Shown here in pieces: positions 39,717 to 50,847 of a DNA stretch of 64,000 nt. The position numbers and the translations under genes were made by a program. This stretch comes from an uncultured bacterium (GTDB lineage Bacteria; Patescibacteriota; Minisyncoccia; UBA6257; 2-01-FULL-56-20), in contig OY970126.1 of assembly GCA_963705915.1 (NCBI GenBank), positions 296,306 through 360,305 on the forward strand, read 5' to 3'. Under the pieces are notes generated by a model. That model was not told the DNA's origin. It searched no databases and was given only the letters and a program-made list of their open reading frames with translations. Each line of letters opens with the position of its first letter. The stretch's first letter is position 1.

Positions 39717-41927
39717 CTATTTAGCTCCTGCTACAGTTGTTTCTTCGGCTGGTTCGAGTTTTAGCGAAATGATTTTTGAACTGCCATCTTCCGCGAGGGT
39801 CACGCCATAGAGTATTTCGGCGGCTTCCATGGTTGCGCGGTTGTGCGTGACAACGACGAACTGCGTCCGCTTTGAAAAATCGCGCAGCATGTCGCCGAAG
39901 CGGCGCGCGTTGCGTTCGTCGAGCGGTGCATCGATCTCGTCGAGTACAAGGAATGGCGGCGGACTCACGGAAACCATGGCAAAGAGCGCGGCGATACCGA
40001 CAAGGCTCCGTTCACCGCCTGAAAGCATGTCGAGTGACGTTGTTTTCTTGCGCGGTAATTTCACTTCGATCTCAACGCCACCTTCACCTTCGTCATGCTT
40101 CTCGACTGCCTGTTCCACGGCACCGGCGCCCACATCAGCGTCTTCGTCTCCTTCCGTGGACTCGGTTTTCGCCTTCAAGACCTTGAGCCGTGCGGAGCCG
40201 CCGCCGAACATGAGAGCAAAAAACTTATCGAACTCGTCATTAATCTTATGCAAAGACTTCTCAAATTCACTCCTGATCTTCTCTGAAAGATCGGCCATGA
40301 GCGCCGTGAGATCCCCCACTGCGCGAGTGAGATCTTCCGATTCCTTTTGCAAAAACTGATAGCGCTTTTCCGTGTCTTCGGCTTCCTTCATGAGCGCGGT
40401 GTCGACTTCGCCGATGCTTGCGAGGTCACCGCGCAGACGGAACATCCGCCGTTCCATGTCGGCAAAATCAATATTCGTGCTCCCCGCCGGCAGCGGCACA
40501 TCACGAAATTCTTCGGCACGCCGGCCAGCCTGCGCAAGCTGATGAAGCACTTCCTCGCGCCGCATATCAACACGCTCTTTTTGGAGCAAAAGTTCGCGAT
40601 TGGTTTTTTCCCAGTCATCGAGATGCCCTTGCGCGACCTGCACGTCGGCAACGGCAGCTTTGAAGTTAGCGTAAAATGCCTCTTGTCCGGCTTCGAGCGA
40701 TTTCTCCTGCTCGCGGAGTGATGTGATACTTTTTTCGAGCGTTTGCAAATCTTTCGCCGTCTTTTCGAGGTCGCGTCGGAGCGCTTCGGGCACTTCAGCC
40801 GCAGGACGACCTTCGCGTTCTTCGAGCGCAAAACCGATTTCTTCGAGCACGGTTTCGATTGCTGCCTGCACGCCGAGCGGTTCCTCATTCAACGCCTCTT
40901 CAAGCTCTGCCTTTATTTTCTGAAGGACGTCAACAAAATGATCAACCGACCGGTCGCTCCGCGAACCACCGCTCTTTTTTGCCATTTCGATTTGCGCCTC
41001 AATGCGCCCGAGATCTTTCTGAAGCTCGCTTCGCGATTCGGTGAGCTTACGGATTTCGTCTTTCACTTTTTGCAGTTCTTTTCGTTCTTCGGGTTGGCTT
41101 GCTTCGATCGCCGCCTGGCGCGTTTCGGCGGCCTTCTTTTCTTTCTCAAGATGCTCGTACTGCTTTTTATGCTCTTTCATCTGCGCCTCCACTGCCCCAT
41201 CTTTATTCTGCAGATCGCTCAGCTGCGTTCCAAAAAAATGCCCTTCGAGCGATTTCAATTCCTCTTCGAGCGCGCCGCGGCGTTCCCATCGCCCCGTCTG
41301 ACGCTTGAGGGAACGGAGATGTGGCACGATCTCTTCGATGAGCGCAGTCACCTTGTCAAGATTTATTTTAGAATTTTTTAACCTCCGTTCGGCGTCGGCT
41401 TTTTTGATCTGATATTCCCGAAGGCCGAGGATTTCCTCTATCATTTCGCGGCGTTCGAGGGGCGACGACCGGATGAAAAGATCGCTATCGCCCTGACCGA
41501 TAATAATGAGGCCACGGCTGCCGAGACGGGCTTTTGCAAAAAAATCGATGAGGTCACGCAGTAAGATTTCGGATTTATTTAAAAAATATTTGCTTTGCCC
41601 GTCCCGCCGGATTTCGCGCGTCACGACGACTTCCTCATAGTCAACGGGAAAAAATTTGTTGCTGTTTTCAAAATGCAAACTCGCGCTTGCCATGCCGACG
41701 CGCGGCCTTTTCACGGTCCCTGCAAAAATCAGATCCTCCACCTTGGCGCCCCGGAGATTCTTTGCGTCGCGTTCGCCGAGAAGCCATCGCAGGGCATCGA
41801 CGATATTCGATTTGCCGCTGCCATTCGGACCGACGATTGCCACAATGCCGGCCGGGAATTCGAGCGTGGTTTTGCCAGCAAACGATTTGAATCCGTTCAG
41901 TTCGAGGCGTTTCAGAAAATGTGACAT
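39717..41927 (-). CDS. smc: SMC-family ATPase (short, 736 aa)
   Basis: LNGFKSF, GPNGSGKSN, LSGGE, LDEIDAPLD, VTHN. Confidence 0.88.
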   Translation of the reverse strand: MSHFLKRLELNGFKSFAGKTTLEFPAGIVAIVGPNGSGKSNIVDALRWLLGERDAKNLRGAKVEDLIFAGTVKRPRVGMASASLHFENSNKFFPVDYEEVVVTREIRRDGQSKYFLNKSEILLRDLIDFFAKARLGSRGLIIIGQGDSDLFIRSSPLERREMIEEILGLREYQIKKADAERRLKNSKINLDKVTALIEEIVPHLRSLKRQTGRWERRGALEEELKSLEGHFFGTQLSDLQNKDGAVEAQMKEHKKQYEHLEKEKKAAETRQAAIEASQPEERKELQKVKDEIRKLTESRSELQKDLGRIEAQIEMAKKSGGSRSDRSVDHFVDVLQKIKAELEEALNEEPLGVQAAIETVLEEIGFALEEREGRPAAEVPEALRRDLEKTAKDLQTLEKSITSLREQEKSLEAGQEAFYANFKAAVADVQVAQGHLDDWEKTNRELLLQKERVDMRREEVLHQLAQAGRRAEEFRDVPLPAGSTNIDFADMERRMFRLRGDLASIGEVDTALMKEAEDTEKRYQFLQKESEDLTRAVGDLTALMADLSEKIRSEFEKSLHKINDEFDKFFALMFGGGSARLKVLKAKTESTEGDEDADVGAGAVEQAVEKHDEGEGGVEIEVKLPRKKTTSLDMLSGGERSLVGIAALFAMVSVSPPPFLVLDEIDAPLDERNARRFGDMLRDFSKRTQFVVVTHNRATMEAAEILYGVTLAEDGSSKIISLKLEPAEETTVAGAK

Positions 41928-41942
41928 GGCGATGCTTGATGC

Positions 41943-42653
41943 TTATTTGTGATTCTTTTTAAGCGCATTTTTTGCGGCCTCAATCTCGGCTTCTTGCTTG
42001 GACGTCCCCTCGCCTTTAGCGATCATTTTCTCGCCAAAGTATACGCCCATCGTGAAGACGCGTTTGTGGGCGGGGCCGACTTCGTCCAAAACCTTGTACG
42101 TCGGCGTGAGCTTGAATTTATCCTGCACGAATTCTTGCAATTCACTTTTCGCGTCACGGTAGCTCTTGGTTTTCAAAACCTCATCAAGATTTATCATCAC
42201 GAATTTTTTGACGAACGGGCGGGTGGCAGAAAATCCTTGATCGAGATACATCGCGCCGATGAGCGCCTCCATGGCATTTGCAAGAATCACTTCGCGGGCT
42301 TTGCCGGTATCTTTTTTCTCTCCGCGTGACATTAAAATGAATTGCTGTAAACCGATCTGTTCGGCGACGCGCGCGAGGATTTGATAATTCACGAGCGCAG
42401 CGCGAAAAACGGTGAGCTGGCCTTCGGGTTGCGTGGGAAATTTTTCAAAAAGCTCCTCGGAAACCAAAAGTTCAAGGACAGCGTCACCCAAATATTCGAG
42501 ACGCTCGTTGTGCGGCAAACGCCATCGCGGATATTCGTTCAAATATGACCGGTGGGTAATCGCCTCAATCAACAAGTCTTCATTTTTGAACTTCACCCCG
42601 ATCGTTTTCGCGAGCGCTTCGGCCGCGGTCATGGCAGCATTTGTCGAGCTCAT
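41943..42653 (-). CDS. rnc: Ribonuclease III
   Basis: HNERLEYLGDAVLEL plus dsRBD. Confidence 0.97.
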   Translation of the reverse strand: MSSTNAAMTAAEALAKTIGVKFKNEDLLIEAITHRSYLNEYPRWRLPHNERLEYLGDAVLELLVSEELFEKFPTQPEGQLTVFRAALVNYQILARVAEQIGLQQFILMSRGEKKDTGKAREVILANAMEALIGAMYLDQGFSATRPFVKKFVMINLDEVLKTKSYRDAKSELQEFVQDKFKLTPTYKVLDEVGPAHKRVFTMGVYFGEKMIAKGEGTSKQEAEIEAAKNALKKNHK

Positions 42654-43117
42654 TCCTTTGGTTTCGCCGTCGGAGCCTCCCCTGTTTCCACAGCCTTCTT
42701 TTCGTTTATTTCCCTATAAATGGTTCCGAGGACGCCGTTCACAAACCGCGCGGCATTGGGGCCGCCGTAATTTTTTGCGAGCTCGATCGACTCATTGATT
42801 GCAACCCGCGGCGGCACTTCGTCCGGATCGGCGTAGAGCAATTCGTAGAGACCGATACGTAAAATATTTCGGTCGATAATAGCGATTTTTTCGAGCGGCC
42901 ATTCGGGCGCGGCTTTGCGGATGATGTTGTCGATGTCGCGCAAATGTTCTGCCACGCCATGCAAAATGCGCCACGCAAAATCGGGTTCATCAACGCCCGG
43001 CGCAAACTCCGCCATATTCCGCTCGAGGATTTCGGTGATATCCTTTTTTTGTTTGTAAAAATCCCACTCGTAAAGCGATTGGAGTACTACTGTTCGGATG
43101 AGATGCCGTGTGGCCAT
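42650..43117 (-). CDS. nusB: Transcription antitermination factor NusB
   Basis: IDRNILRIG, VAINESIELAKNYG, FVNGVLG. Confidence 0.96.
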   Translation of the reverse strand: MATRHLIRTVVLQSLYEWDFYKQKKDITEILERNMAEFAPGVDEPDFAWRILHGVAEHLRDIDNIIRKAAPEWPLEKIAIIDRNILRIGLYELLYADPDEVPPRVAINESIELAKNYGGPNAARFVNGVLGTIYREINEKKAVETGEAPTAKPKE

Positions 43118-43157
43118 GGAAAGAGCTATTACTGCAAAAGACCGCTAACCGCCCACC

Positions 43158-43310
43158 TTATTTTTTCCCGCATTGTGGGCAAGCGCGATGCGCAAGTTTT
43201 GGCGCACCGCAATTCTTACAAACATATAAACGCTGCTTCTTCATAGCCAAATGCGACCGACGACGGCCGGTCTTGCCTTTGGAATGATGTTTAAGGGGTA
43301 CGCCTCCCAT
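43158..43310 (-). CDS. rpmF: 50S ribosomal protein L32
   Basis: Manual translation MGGVPLKHHSKGKTGRRRSHLAMKKQRLYVCKNCGAPKLAHRACPQCGKK. Confidence 0.93.
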   Translation of the reverse strand: MGGVPLKHHSKGKTGRRRSHLAMKKQRLYVCKNCGAPKLAHRACPQCGKK

Positions 43311-43328
43311 ATATGCTCATTCTATCGC

Positions 43329-43967
43329 TTAACGCAAAAAAGTCAATCGATGCATGGGCAAGACGCCATATTTCGCTATCGCTTGGCGATGCAATTTCGT
43401 GCCGTAGCCTTTGTGAAGGTCGAAGCCGTAGATCGGATATTTTTTGGCGAGGCGCGTCATGAAACGGTCTCGCGAAACCTTGGCGATGATGGACGCGATG
43501 GCAACCGCCGGTATCTTTTCGTCTCCTTTTATGATCGTCTTGGCTTGCTTTGGCTGCTTTTCTCGACTGCCGATGAAGAGGCCGCCGTCCAGGAAGATTG
43601 CAGTTTCCGTGAGAGATTTGCCCCTCCGAAATTTTCTCGCCAGTGTCTTTGGGGTAGGTTCTCGTTTTGTGATCTTGAACGAAAGCCGCTCGTATGCCCG
43701 TGAGGCCGCGAGATTTGCGGCTCGTGAGATATTACGTTTCTCGATTTGGCGCGGATAGACTCGCGCCAAGGCAAAATCGATTTGTTTATTATGTATTAAA
43801 AATTTGAACCAAGCCTCCCGCTGCAGCTTCGTCAGTTTTTTAGAATCCTTTAATGTTCCGAGTTGTGTATTGCGAATGTTCCCGCGAACGCTTGCCGCGA
43901 CAACAACAACCGGACCAGCAAGGCATCCCCTGCCAACTTCATCAATGCCGATAATGTGGTTAACCAT
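43329..43967 (-). CDS. rnhB: Ribonuclease HII
   Basis: GIDEVGRGCLAGPV, DSKKL, ASIIAKVSRD, HKGYGT. Confidence 0.95.
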   Translation of the reverse strand: MVNHIIGIDEVGRGCLAGPVVVVAASVRGNIRNTQLGTLKDSKKLTKLQREAWFKFLIHNKQIDFALARVYPRQIEKRNISRAANLAASRAYERLSFKITKREPTPKTLARKFRRGKSLTETAIFLDGGLFIGSREKQPKQAKTIIKGDEKIPAVAIASIIAKVSRDRFMTRLAKKYPIYGFDLHKGYGTKLHRQAIAKYGVLPMHRLTFLR

Positions 43968-43968
43968 T

Positions 43969-44484
43969 TTAGAACAAACCGCCGGTTGCCTGGGTTGGCG
44001 TTATGCCGGTGCCGCTCAAGGCGCTATTAATGTCGCCCAAATATGACTGTGCAAGCGCGAAGGTCAGCCAGATCGTCACAATTGTTGAGATTACGGTGAG
44101 CGCGATCGCGATTATTCCCATCCTTTGTGCTTTTGGATCACCGCTCTTAAAATATTTCACACCAGGCCAAAAACCGAGCGGTGGCAAAAGCACACTCACC
44201 GTGTAAATCCAAATTTTTGAAAGCGTGGATGTTGAAAGTGGTTTGAAATTAAGCGACTTGCCGCAATTCGGACAAAACGTGTAATACATCGGCACGACGG
44301 CACCGCACGAAGCGCATATGGTGCTCGTGAGCTTTGCGAGCTCTTCCGGCGTTAGATTCTTGGCCTGGGTAAGCCCGGGCTGGATCGTTGGCCCGGTTTG
44401 CGATGCACCGGCCTGCGCCGCCGGAGGTGACGGGGGTACGGGAATCGATGGATATGAAGACTGTGGCGATTCGTTTTCTGCCAT
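43969..44484 (-). CDS. Zinc-ribbon membrane protein
   Basis: CASCG...FCPNCG followed by two TMs. Confidence 0.75.
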   Translation of the reverse strand: MAENESPQSSYPSIPVPPSPPAAQAGASQTGPTIQPGLTQAKNLTPEELAKLTSTICASCGAVVPMYYTFCPNCGKSLNFKPLSTSTLSKIWIYTVSVLLPPLGFWPGVKYFKSGDPKAQRMGIIAIALTVISTIVTIWLTFALAQSYLGDINSALSGTGITPTQATGGLF

Positions 44485-44520
44485 TCATTTTATTTTAGCA
44501 TGGATAGGACGTTGAATGGA

Positions 44521-44554
44521 TTGCGTAAAACCTCGTTTTCTTTTATTATATAAT
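44521..44554 (+). promoter_or_regulatory. Sigma70 promoter upstream of the outer tRNA-Lys fragment
   Basis: TTGCGT-17 nt-TATTAT, with an overlapping TATAAT at 44549-44554. Confidence 0.6.
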
Positions 44555-44562
44555 GCAATCAA

Positions 44563-44598
44563 GCCCCTATAGCTCAGCCCGGTAGAGCAGCTCCCTTT
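44563..44598 (+). pseudogene. Outer 5' half of tRNA-Lys (to the anticodon)
   Basis: gcccctatagctcagcccggtagagcagctcccttt; one difference from the intact copy (cccgg vs cctgg). Confidence 0.9.
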
Positions 44599-44793
44599 AT
44601 GAGAGCCAAGGGCTCTCATCGGCTGGTTCGTTCGTTGAAAACAAAAGGGCAAATCAAATTATGAGCAGTGTGCCCCTATAGCTCAGCCTGGTAGAGCAGC
44701 TCCCTTTTAAGGAGATGGTCCCAGGTTCAAATCCTGGTGGGGGCACACTGCCCGGAATGATTTGTCCTTTTGTTTTCACCTCACTGCCAGCCG
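44599..44793 (+). repeat. Nested inverted-repeat insert enclosing tRNA-Lys
   Basis: Hairpin ATGAGAGCC-AAG-GGCTCTCAT (44599-44619); IR pairs cggctgg/ccagccg (44620-26/44787-93), 21 bp with one G-U (44636-56/44758-78), and gcagtgt/acactgc (44665-71/44745-51). Confidence 0.92.
44672..44745 (+). tRNA. tRNA-Lys(TTT)
   Basis: GCCCCTA/TGGGGGC-A, anticodon loop CTTTTAA, T-arm CCAGG-TTCAAAT-CCTGG. Confidence 0.93.
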
Positions 44794-44808
44794 TAAGGAG
44801 ATGGTCCC
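44794..44808 (+). pseudogene. Outer 3' fragment of tRNA-Lys (resumes in the anticodon, truncated before the T-loop)
   Basis: taaggagatggtccc, identical to 44708-44722. Confidence 0.85.
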
Positions 44809-44817
44809 TGCCAGATG

Positions 44818-45081
44818 TCACTTCGCCCTCACGGTCACATGAGTCTTGCCCCACGAAATTTTGTTCCAAATGCGCTCGTGGATAAAATAGGCAACGGTGG
44901 TGTAAATGTTACTCACGATGACGAAGCCGACGGCAATATCGATTTGGTGAGTGAATAAATAGACGAACGTGAAGTCTAAGATGACGATAATAACCCGGTA
45001 GCTCAGCGCTTTTACAACCGAGCGCCATTCGCTGTCTTCGTGGATGTGTGCTTCTTGCTCGCCGTGGAGATTATGATCCAT
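44818..45081 (-). CDS. DUF2061-like small membrane protein
   Basis: EDSEWRSVVKALSYR...YFIHERIWNKISWG; start at MDHNLH. Confidence 0.75.
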   Translation of the reverse strand: MDHNLHGEQEAHIHEDSEWRSVVKALSYRVIIVILDFTFVYLFTHQIDIAVGFVIVSNIYTTVAYFIHERIWNKISWGKTHVTVRAK

Positions 45082-45128
45082 AGCTTCATTATACACGCTC
45101 GCCTTCACGCACCGGACGATGTCACCGC

Positions 45129-45533
45129 TTAGTTTTTCTTTTTGAAGACCGTGAGGAGCGCCCGCTTCGTATAACCGCAGCGCTTGGCGAATGCGAAATT
45201 TTTTGGTTCGGTTTCGAAATAGATCGTCGTGCCCTTGGCGAGTGCCGCAATCTTTTTCATCATCGCAAGTCCTATTCCCTGCCGCTGATATTCCGGAGCA
45301 ATGATAAGGTCGAGAATTTTTGTATCGATCGCGAAGTCGCTCAAGGCGCGACCGATGCCGACGAGCTCGTGGGCGTCGTTCCACGCAGAGACGACGATGT
45401 CGCAATGCTCAAGCGAGCGACGCATGCGCGCAACGGAATATTCTTTTGGCGTACCCCAACCTAGCTCAACGTAGAGCGCTGCGGCTTCGGCTGGCTTCAC
45501 CGATCTTTTATCGGTTTTGATGGTTGTCGGCAT
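45129..45533 (-). CDS. GNAT family N-acetyltransferase
   Basis: LVGIGRALSD, IAPEYQRQGIG. Confidence 0.85.
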   Translation of the reverse strand: MPTTIKTDKRSVKPAEAAALYVELGWGTPKEYSVARMRRSLEHCDIVVSAWNDAHELVGIGRALSDFAIDTKILDLIIAPEYQRQGIGLAMMKKIAALAKGTTIYFETEPKNFAFAKRCGYTKRALLTVFKKKN

Positions 45534-46785
45534 AGGATTTTTGTGGTTCGCGATTGACGTTCGCCTCTTCAATCAATCTTTTATACACAAATGCACTCGG
45601 ACGAATACGGCGTTCGAGCGTCCGGTAATCGATTTCAACGAGGCCAAATCGGGGCCAATAACCGCTATCCCACTCGAAATTATCCATAAGCGACCAATGG
45701 AAATAGCCGCGGACGTCGGCGCCATGGTCAATCGCTTTTTGCATCGCTCGGATATGTTCGACGAGAAAATACTCACGATGCTTGTCGCGCGAATCGGCAA
45801 GCCCGTTCTCGGTAATATAAATCGGCTTGCCAAAGAACAATTTGAGTTCCATAAGCAAATGATAGAGACTTTCCGGATAAATCTCCCAACCAAAATCCGA
45901 AATCCGTTCATTTTTATTTCGTCCGTACCAATGGTCAACACGCATATGGAAATAAAAGTTGAGGCCGATGAAATCCGAGGATTCCGCAACGCCGAGGAAA
46001 AAATATGAATTCCACATCCTATCGGCCCACCATTTGAGCGCTCGATTCACCAACCCGCCGGCCGATTCAAAGTGTATAAGGTCCATGACGGGTCCGACGT
46101 GTGCTTGCGGGAATGCCTTTTTGATCTCGTCATACGAAGCGCGATGCGCTCGCATGAGGGCGTGCAAACTTTTGAAACCCATACGCCATCCCCGCCGTCC
46201 CGGCGGCCATTTGCCGTTATAGTATGAATTCATCGAAACGATTTCCGGTTCGTTGATGGTGATCCAAAAACGGACGTCTTCCCCGAACGCGGCCACAAGT
46301 TGTTCGGTATATCGCCGAAAATATTTAGGGAACTCCTTATTGAGCACGCCACCTTTACGGGCAAGCCAGGTGGGTAACGTCCAGTGCCAGATCGTAACGA
46401 ACGGCTCCATGTCGCGATTACGAAGCTCGCGAATAACCTCGCGATAGTGTGCGAGTTCTTTTTTGTTAAACTCCCCTTCTTCCGGCTCAACCCGCGACCA
46501 CTCAATCGAAAAGCGGTGCGCATTATGCCCAAGCGATTTTGCGATATCAAAATCTTCCCGAAAGCGATGATAGTGATCCGCTGCTCGTCCGGAGATGTAA
46601 TTCTCCTCTTGGAGCGGGTTCGGATAATTTTCTAAGATATGGTCTTCCCAGGTTTTTCCGCGAGCCTCGTTCGCCAGGCGTTTCGCGTTTTCATGTTCCC
46701 ACTCGGTCCAATTGTTATCGTTGCCGCCCTCAACTTGGTGTGAGCTCGTTGCTGCGCCCCAAAAAAATGGATCTACCATATTCAC
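45508..46785 (-). CDS. Glycoside hydrolase family 1 (beta-glucosidase-like)
   Basis: WGAATSSHQVEG, TINEP, YITENG, DNFEW. Confidence 0.93.
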   Translation of the reverse strand: MNMVDPFFWGAATSSHQVEGGNDNNWTEWEHENAKRLANEARGKTWEDHILENYPNPLQEENYISGRAADHYHRFREDFDIAKSLGHNAHRFSIEWSRVEPEEGEFNKKELAHYREVIRELRNRDMEPFVTIWHWTLPTWLARKGGVLNKEFPKYFRRYTEQLVAAFGEDVRFWITINEPEIVSMNSYYNGKWPPGRRGWRMGFKSLHALMRAHRASYDEIKKAFPQAHVGPVMDLIHFESAGGLVNRALKWWADRMWNSYFFLGVAESSDFIGLNFYFHMRVDHWYGRNKNERISDFGWEIYPESLYHLLMELKLFFGKPIYITENGLADSRDKHREYFLVEHIRAMQKAIDHGADVRGYFHWSLMDNFEWDSGYWPRFGLVEIDYRTLERRIRPSAFVYKRLIEEANVNREPQKSYADNHQNR

Positions 46786-46797
46786 ATTCTACGGGAG

Positions 46798-47901
<1,104 letters not shown>

Positions 47902-47955
47902 GGGTCTAATTATAGTACGATGTTGGTTAAGAAAATATTAAAAAACGACCATCGT

Positions 47956-48972
47956 TCAATAGCCTATATTTTCTTTGGTTTGTGTTGATTCGCTTATCTT
48001 CATAAATCCAGTTGCAAGAAGAATTTCGTAAAAAATGAGGGAGATAAACTGAGCGACCCAGACAAAGAGAATACCAAGGGTGCGCAAAGCAAGGAAAAGC
48101 ACAACGGCCCAACCGACGATGAACCACGTTGGCCCTTCGGCTTGCCACGCTTGGAGCATCCCGACGATGAAGTTATAAAACGCATCGCTTGTCGGCGCGG
48201 ACGACGTTGCAGAACCGGATGTCGGCGCACCGAACGTATTTTCGAGTTGGGTTGTCTCCTGCGAGATTGTCGAGCTCTGCTGCTCTGGCGTCAAGCTTTG
48301 GAAGCTTGGGTTGTTCTGCAGTTCGGTTGTCGCAACGCTCTGCGCGAACGTCGAGAAAGAATTATTCGCGGAAAAATTTGGGTAGATATCGCTTATGAGG
48401 CCTGCTCCCCAATCAAAAAACTCCCGGAATCCTTGTCGTGATACAAAGACCGAATTCGAATTGAACTGGGGCACGTAGATCAAAATCATAAAGAGCAGCG
48501 TCGCAGTCACGAGCTTGCCGAGCATGGTTCCCGTGGTCCGGAAGAATTGGATCTCGATTCCGTTGTTGAGCATCGAACGTCCACCGAGATAGCCCCACAG
48601 GAGAAACAAATAGACGACGCCCGCGGCAACAAGGATGATCCCAAGTTGGTCCCTATAGAAGAATCCGAGGAGCGCCACGACCTCAAGGAACAGGATGACG
48701 AGCCGCCGAGAAAGATTACTCGTGAGGAAGAGTTCCAAAACCGAGAGCACGCTCCATAAGGCAAGTGCACCCAAAAGCCACCACAGCGAAAGATTGCTTT
48801 CAAGGTAGCGATAATAGGCAAAACCGAACACACCCGCCGAGAGTACCGCAAAGAAATCGAGAACAATCGACTTATAGAATCCGGGCGGCTTTTCGATCGC
48901 CGTGATTTTAGACTGATTGATCAGGTTTTGGGTCGGCCCCTCCCCCGCTATCACTTGTCGAAGATCCACCAT
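47956..48972 (-). CDS. Hypothetical polytopic membrane protein between dnaK and dnaJ
   Basis: 338 aa with about 7 hydrophobic segments. Confidence 0.7.
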   Translation of the reverse strand: MVDLRQVIAGEGPTQNLINQSKITAIEKPPGFYKSIVLDFFAVLSAGVFGFAYYRYLESNLSLWWLLGALALWSVLSVLELFLTSNLSRRLVILFLEVVALLGFFYRDQLGIILVAAGVVYLFLLWGYLGGRSMLNNGIEIQFFRTTGTMLGKLVTATLLFMILIYVPQFNSNSVFVSRQGFREFFDWGAGLISDIYPNFSANNSFSTFAQSVATTELQNNPSFQSLTPEQQSSTISQETTQLENTFGAPTSGSATSSAPTSDAFYNFIVGMLQAWQAEGPTWFIVGWAVVLFLALRTLGILFVWVAQFISLIFYEILLATGFMKISESTQTKENIGY

Positions 48973-50791
48973 TGTCTTTATTATAGAACGCCTGCCCTAT
49001 TTTTTGTATCTCTGCGCTCACCTCCTGCGTCGCCTTTTGGATGGCAGCAATATCGTCGCCAGCCTGCGCAGCCTTGAGCGCCGTGAGTTTCACCTCGATG
49101 CCGCTCTTAATATCTGCCGGGAGTTTATCCCCAGCGTCACGGATCGATTTTTCAGCGAGGTAGACCATCGACTCGGCTTGGTTTTTCACCTCCACCAATT
49201 CTTTTTTCTTGGCATCCTCTGCAGCGTGTTCGGCGGCCTCCTTTTTGAGACGCTCGATTTCGTCTTTTGAAAGGTTCGTTGACGCCTCAATTTTTACCGA
49301 CTGCGTTTTGCCGCTCGCTTTGTCTTTTGCGGAAACGTTCAAAATGCCGTTCGCGTCGATGTCGAACGTGACTTCAACCTGCGGCATACCTCGCGGCGCG
49401 GGCGGGATACCGTCCAGAATAAATTTCGCGAGCGTTTTGTTGTCGGCCGCCATCGGACGTTCGCCCTGCAAGACATGTACTTCAACCGACGTTTGATTAT
49501 CGGCAGCCGTGCTGAATGTCTGCGTCTTTGCGGTTGGCACCGTCGTATTCTTCTGAATCATCGGCGTCGCGACGCTGCCGAACGTTTCGATGGCGAGCGT
49601 GAGCGGCGTGACATCCAGGAGCAATATGTCTTTCACGTCGCCCTGCAAAATGCCAGCCTGCACAGCGGCGCCCACGGCAACCACTTCGTCCGGGTTAATA
49701 CCCTGATGCGGGTCCTTGCCGAATAATTTTTTGACGGCTTCCTGCATTGCAGGCATGCGCGTCTGGCCACCGACCAAAATCACTTCGTTGATTTCACTCA
49801 ATTGATATCCCGCACCTTTCGGCGCAGGCGATGTAACCGTTTCTTTCGTGAGTTGAATCGAATGATCGATATATTCCTGCACAAGCGACTCAAGCTTTGC
49901 GCGTGAAAGTTTCATCACAAAATGCTTCGGGCCATTCGCATCAGAAGAAATGTACGGCAAATTGATCTCCGTTTCCGTGGCGGTCGAGAGTTCGTGCTTG
50001 GCTTTTTCCGCGGCTTCTTTCAGGCGCTGGAGCGCAAGCGCATCCTTCGAAATATCAATGCCTTCTTGTTTCTTGTATTCTTGCACCAAAAATTCCTGAA
50101 TCTTCTTATCGAAGTCATCGCCGCCTAAGTGCGTGTCGCCGCCGGTTGCTTTCACCTCAACGGTATCTTCACTCACTTCGAGCACGGAGATATCGAATGT
50201 ACCGCCGCCAAAGTCGTAGACGACGATCTTTTCGTTCTTTTGCTTATTGAAACCGTAAGCGAGCGCGGCAGCCGTCGGCTCGTTCACGATGCGGCGAACT
50301 TTGAGCCCTGCGATTTCGCCGGCGCTCTTCGTTGCCTGGCGTTGCGAGTCGTCGAAATAGGCCGGGACCGTAATTACCGCTTCTTCCACTTTTTCACCGA
50401 GTTTCGCCTCCGCATCGGCTTTGAGTTTTGCGAGCACCATCGAAGAAATTTCTTCCGGCGAATACCATTTGTCGCCCATCTTCACCTGCACGCCGCCCGT
50501 CGGTCCTTCTTGCATTTCATACGGCAGCCACGCTCTATCGCGCTGCACTTCGGCATCACTCCACTTACGGCCGATGAGGCGCTTCACCGAGAAAATGGTG
50601 TTCTTTGGATTCGTCACTGATTGGCGCTTGGCGAGCAAGCCCACGAGACGCTCGTTTGACTTCGAAATCGCCACGATTGACGGCGTGGTTCGGTTGCCTT
50701 CGGCATTTTCGAGGATCTTCGGCTCGCCGCCTTCCATGACGGCAACGGCAGAGTTTGTTGTTCCCAGGTCTATTCCTAAAATTTTTGGCAT
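48908..50791 (-). CDS. dnaK: Chaperone DnaK
   Basis: [25 protein letters not shown]. Confidence 0.98.
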   Translation of the reverse strand: MPKILGIDLGTTNSAVAVMEGGEPKILENAEGNRTTPSIVAISKSNERLVGLLAKRQSVTNPKNTIFSVKRLIGRKWSDAEVQRDRAWLPYEMQEGPTGGVQVKMGDKWYSPEEISSMVLAKLKADAEAKLGEKVEEAVITVPAYFDDSQRQATKSAGEIAGLKVRRIVNEPTAAALAYGFNKQKNEKIVVYDFGGGTFDISVLEVSEDTVEVKATGGDTHLGGDDFDKKIQEFLVQEYKKQEGIDISKDALALQRLKEAAEKAKHELSTATETEINLPYISSDANGPKHFVMKLSRAKLESLVQEYIDHSIQLTKETVTSPAPKGAGYQLSEINEVILVGGQTRMPAMQEAVKKLFGKDPHQGINPDEVVAVGAAVQAGILQGDVKDILLLDVTPLTLAIETFGSVATPMIQKNTTVPTAKTQTFSTAADNQTSVEVHVLQGERPMAADNKTLAKFILDGIPPAPRGMPQVEVTFDIDANGILNVSAKDKASGKTQSVKIEASTNLSKDEIERLKKEAAEHAAEDAKKKELVEVKNQAESMVYLAEKSIRDAGDKLPADIKSGIEVKLTALKAAQAGDDIAAIQKATQEVSAEIQKIGQAFYNKDNGGSSTSDSGGGADPKPDQSV

Positions 50792-50847
50792 AGGTTTTAA
50801 TGTATTACGAAATTACGAATGTTCTACTGTTTCGACTTTATTATTTT

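Noticed and set aside
44599-44793. Group I intron in tRNA-Lys
   Set aside because: The U/G boundaries fit, but there is no P3-P7 core, the interior is a complete tRNA, and the outer 3' exon is truncated.
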